From positions 81,840,001 through 81,904,000 of the forward strand of contig JAGIQG010000009.1 of the NCBI GenBank assembly GCA_024679065.1: 64,000 nt of DNA, given 5' to 3'. Below are positions 63,541 through 64,000 of the stretch, in pieces (the stretch's first letter is position 1; every line of letters begins with the position of its first letter). The notes under the pieces were generated by a model that searched no databases, was not told where the DNA came from, and saw only the letters and a program-made list of their open reading frames with translations. The DNA comes from Sphyrna mokarran. Its lineage: Eukaryota. The translations under genes were made by a program, and so were the position numbers.

Positions 63541-64000
63541 AACATATTTAAAAAATTGGTTTTGAAGATGGTGCTGCTGTTAGACCACCTTTCTTGCCAC
63601 CAGATTTGGAAGATCTTGCAAAGGCATTGCTAGTGATTTGAGGCACCTGATGTAGGTGTCCAAGTTTCTGAAACATATAGGAGCACGGGGATCACAGTTG
63701 CCCATTTTACAATATGCTAGTGTTCAAGATCCTGCTCTTCAAATACTCTTTTCCTCAGTTTTAAAGCTTTTCGGAAATATACTGACATCATGAAAGGTGC
63801 TGCAGAAATGCACGTCTCTCTTTTATTTTCTTTGTCCTCCCCACTCCCTCGCTCATGTTTGTATCTGTTCTGTCCCCTCCCTTGTTTAAATCTAGAGCAA
63901 ACAATGCACCTCTTGGAGAATTGACTCCGCAGCAATATCGCAAATTATAGAATTCATTCGCCTTAGTGCAAAGTTCAATAACACCTCATGATTCAATCAC

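Overview
Vertebrate genomic DNA, almost certainly a cartilaginous fish (shark). It is about two-thirds transposable elements: CR1/HER1-type LINEs with (CTATGTT)n tails, HE1-type tRNA SINEs, Deu-domain SINEs, Rex1/Babar LINEs, Penelope-like elements and decayed Ty3/Gypsy elements. Two genes face each other. (1) On the + strand is one complete, unrearranged immunoglobulin light-chain cluster of the kappa (shark NS4/type III) class: leader 6003-6051, V 6238-6538 with a perfect 12-RSS, a single J 7472-7506 with a 23-RSS, C 15124-15452, and polyA signals near 15.9 kb. (2) On the - strand are the last six coding exons of a RABGAP1L-like gene (60410 down to stop 32464), with several minisatellites and purine/pyrimidine-skewed tracts. 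The most notable observations are: a 10 x 61-bp minisatellite in the V-J spacer whose units contain a cryptic 23-bp-spacer RSS; an FSKG instead of FGKG motif in the only J segment; a V promoter with an Ets-IRF element and a perfect hairpin but no canonical octamer; Ig-kappa linkage to RABGAP1L; and several templated or inverted duplications and nested LINE insertions. I cannot demonstrate a new biological system. The best candidate is the cryptic-RSS array, and its function is inference only. TE boundaries are approximate, and family names come from recognised motifs, not database searches.
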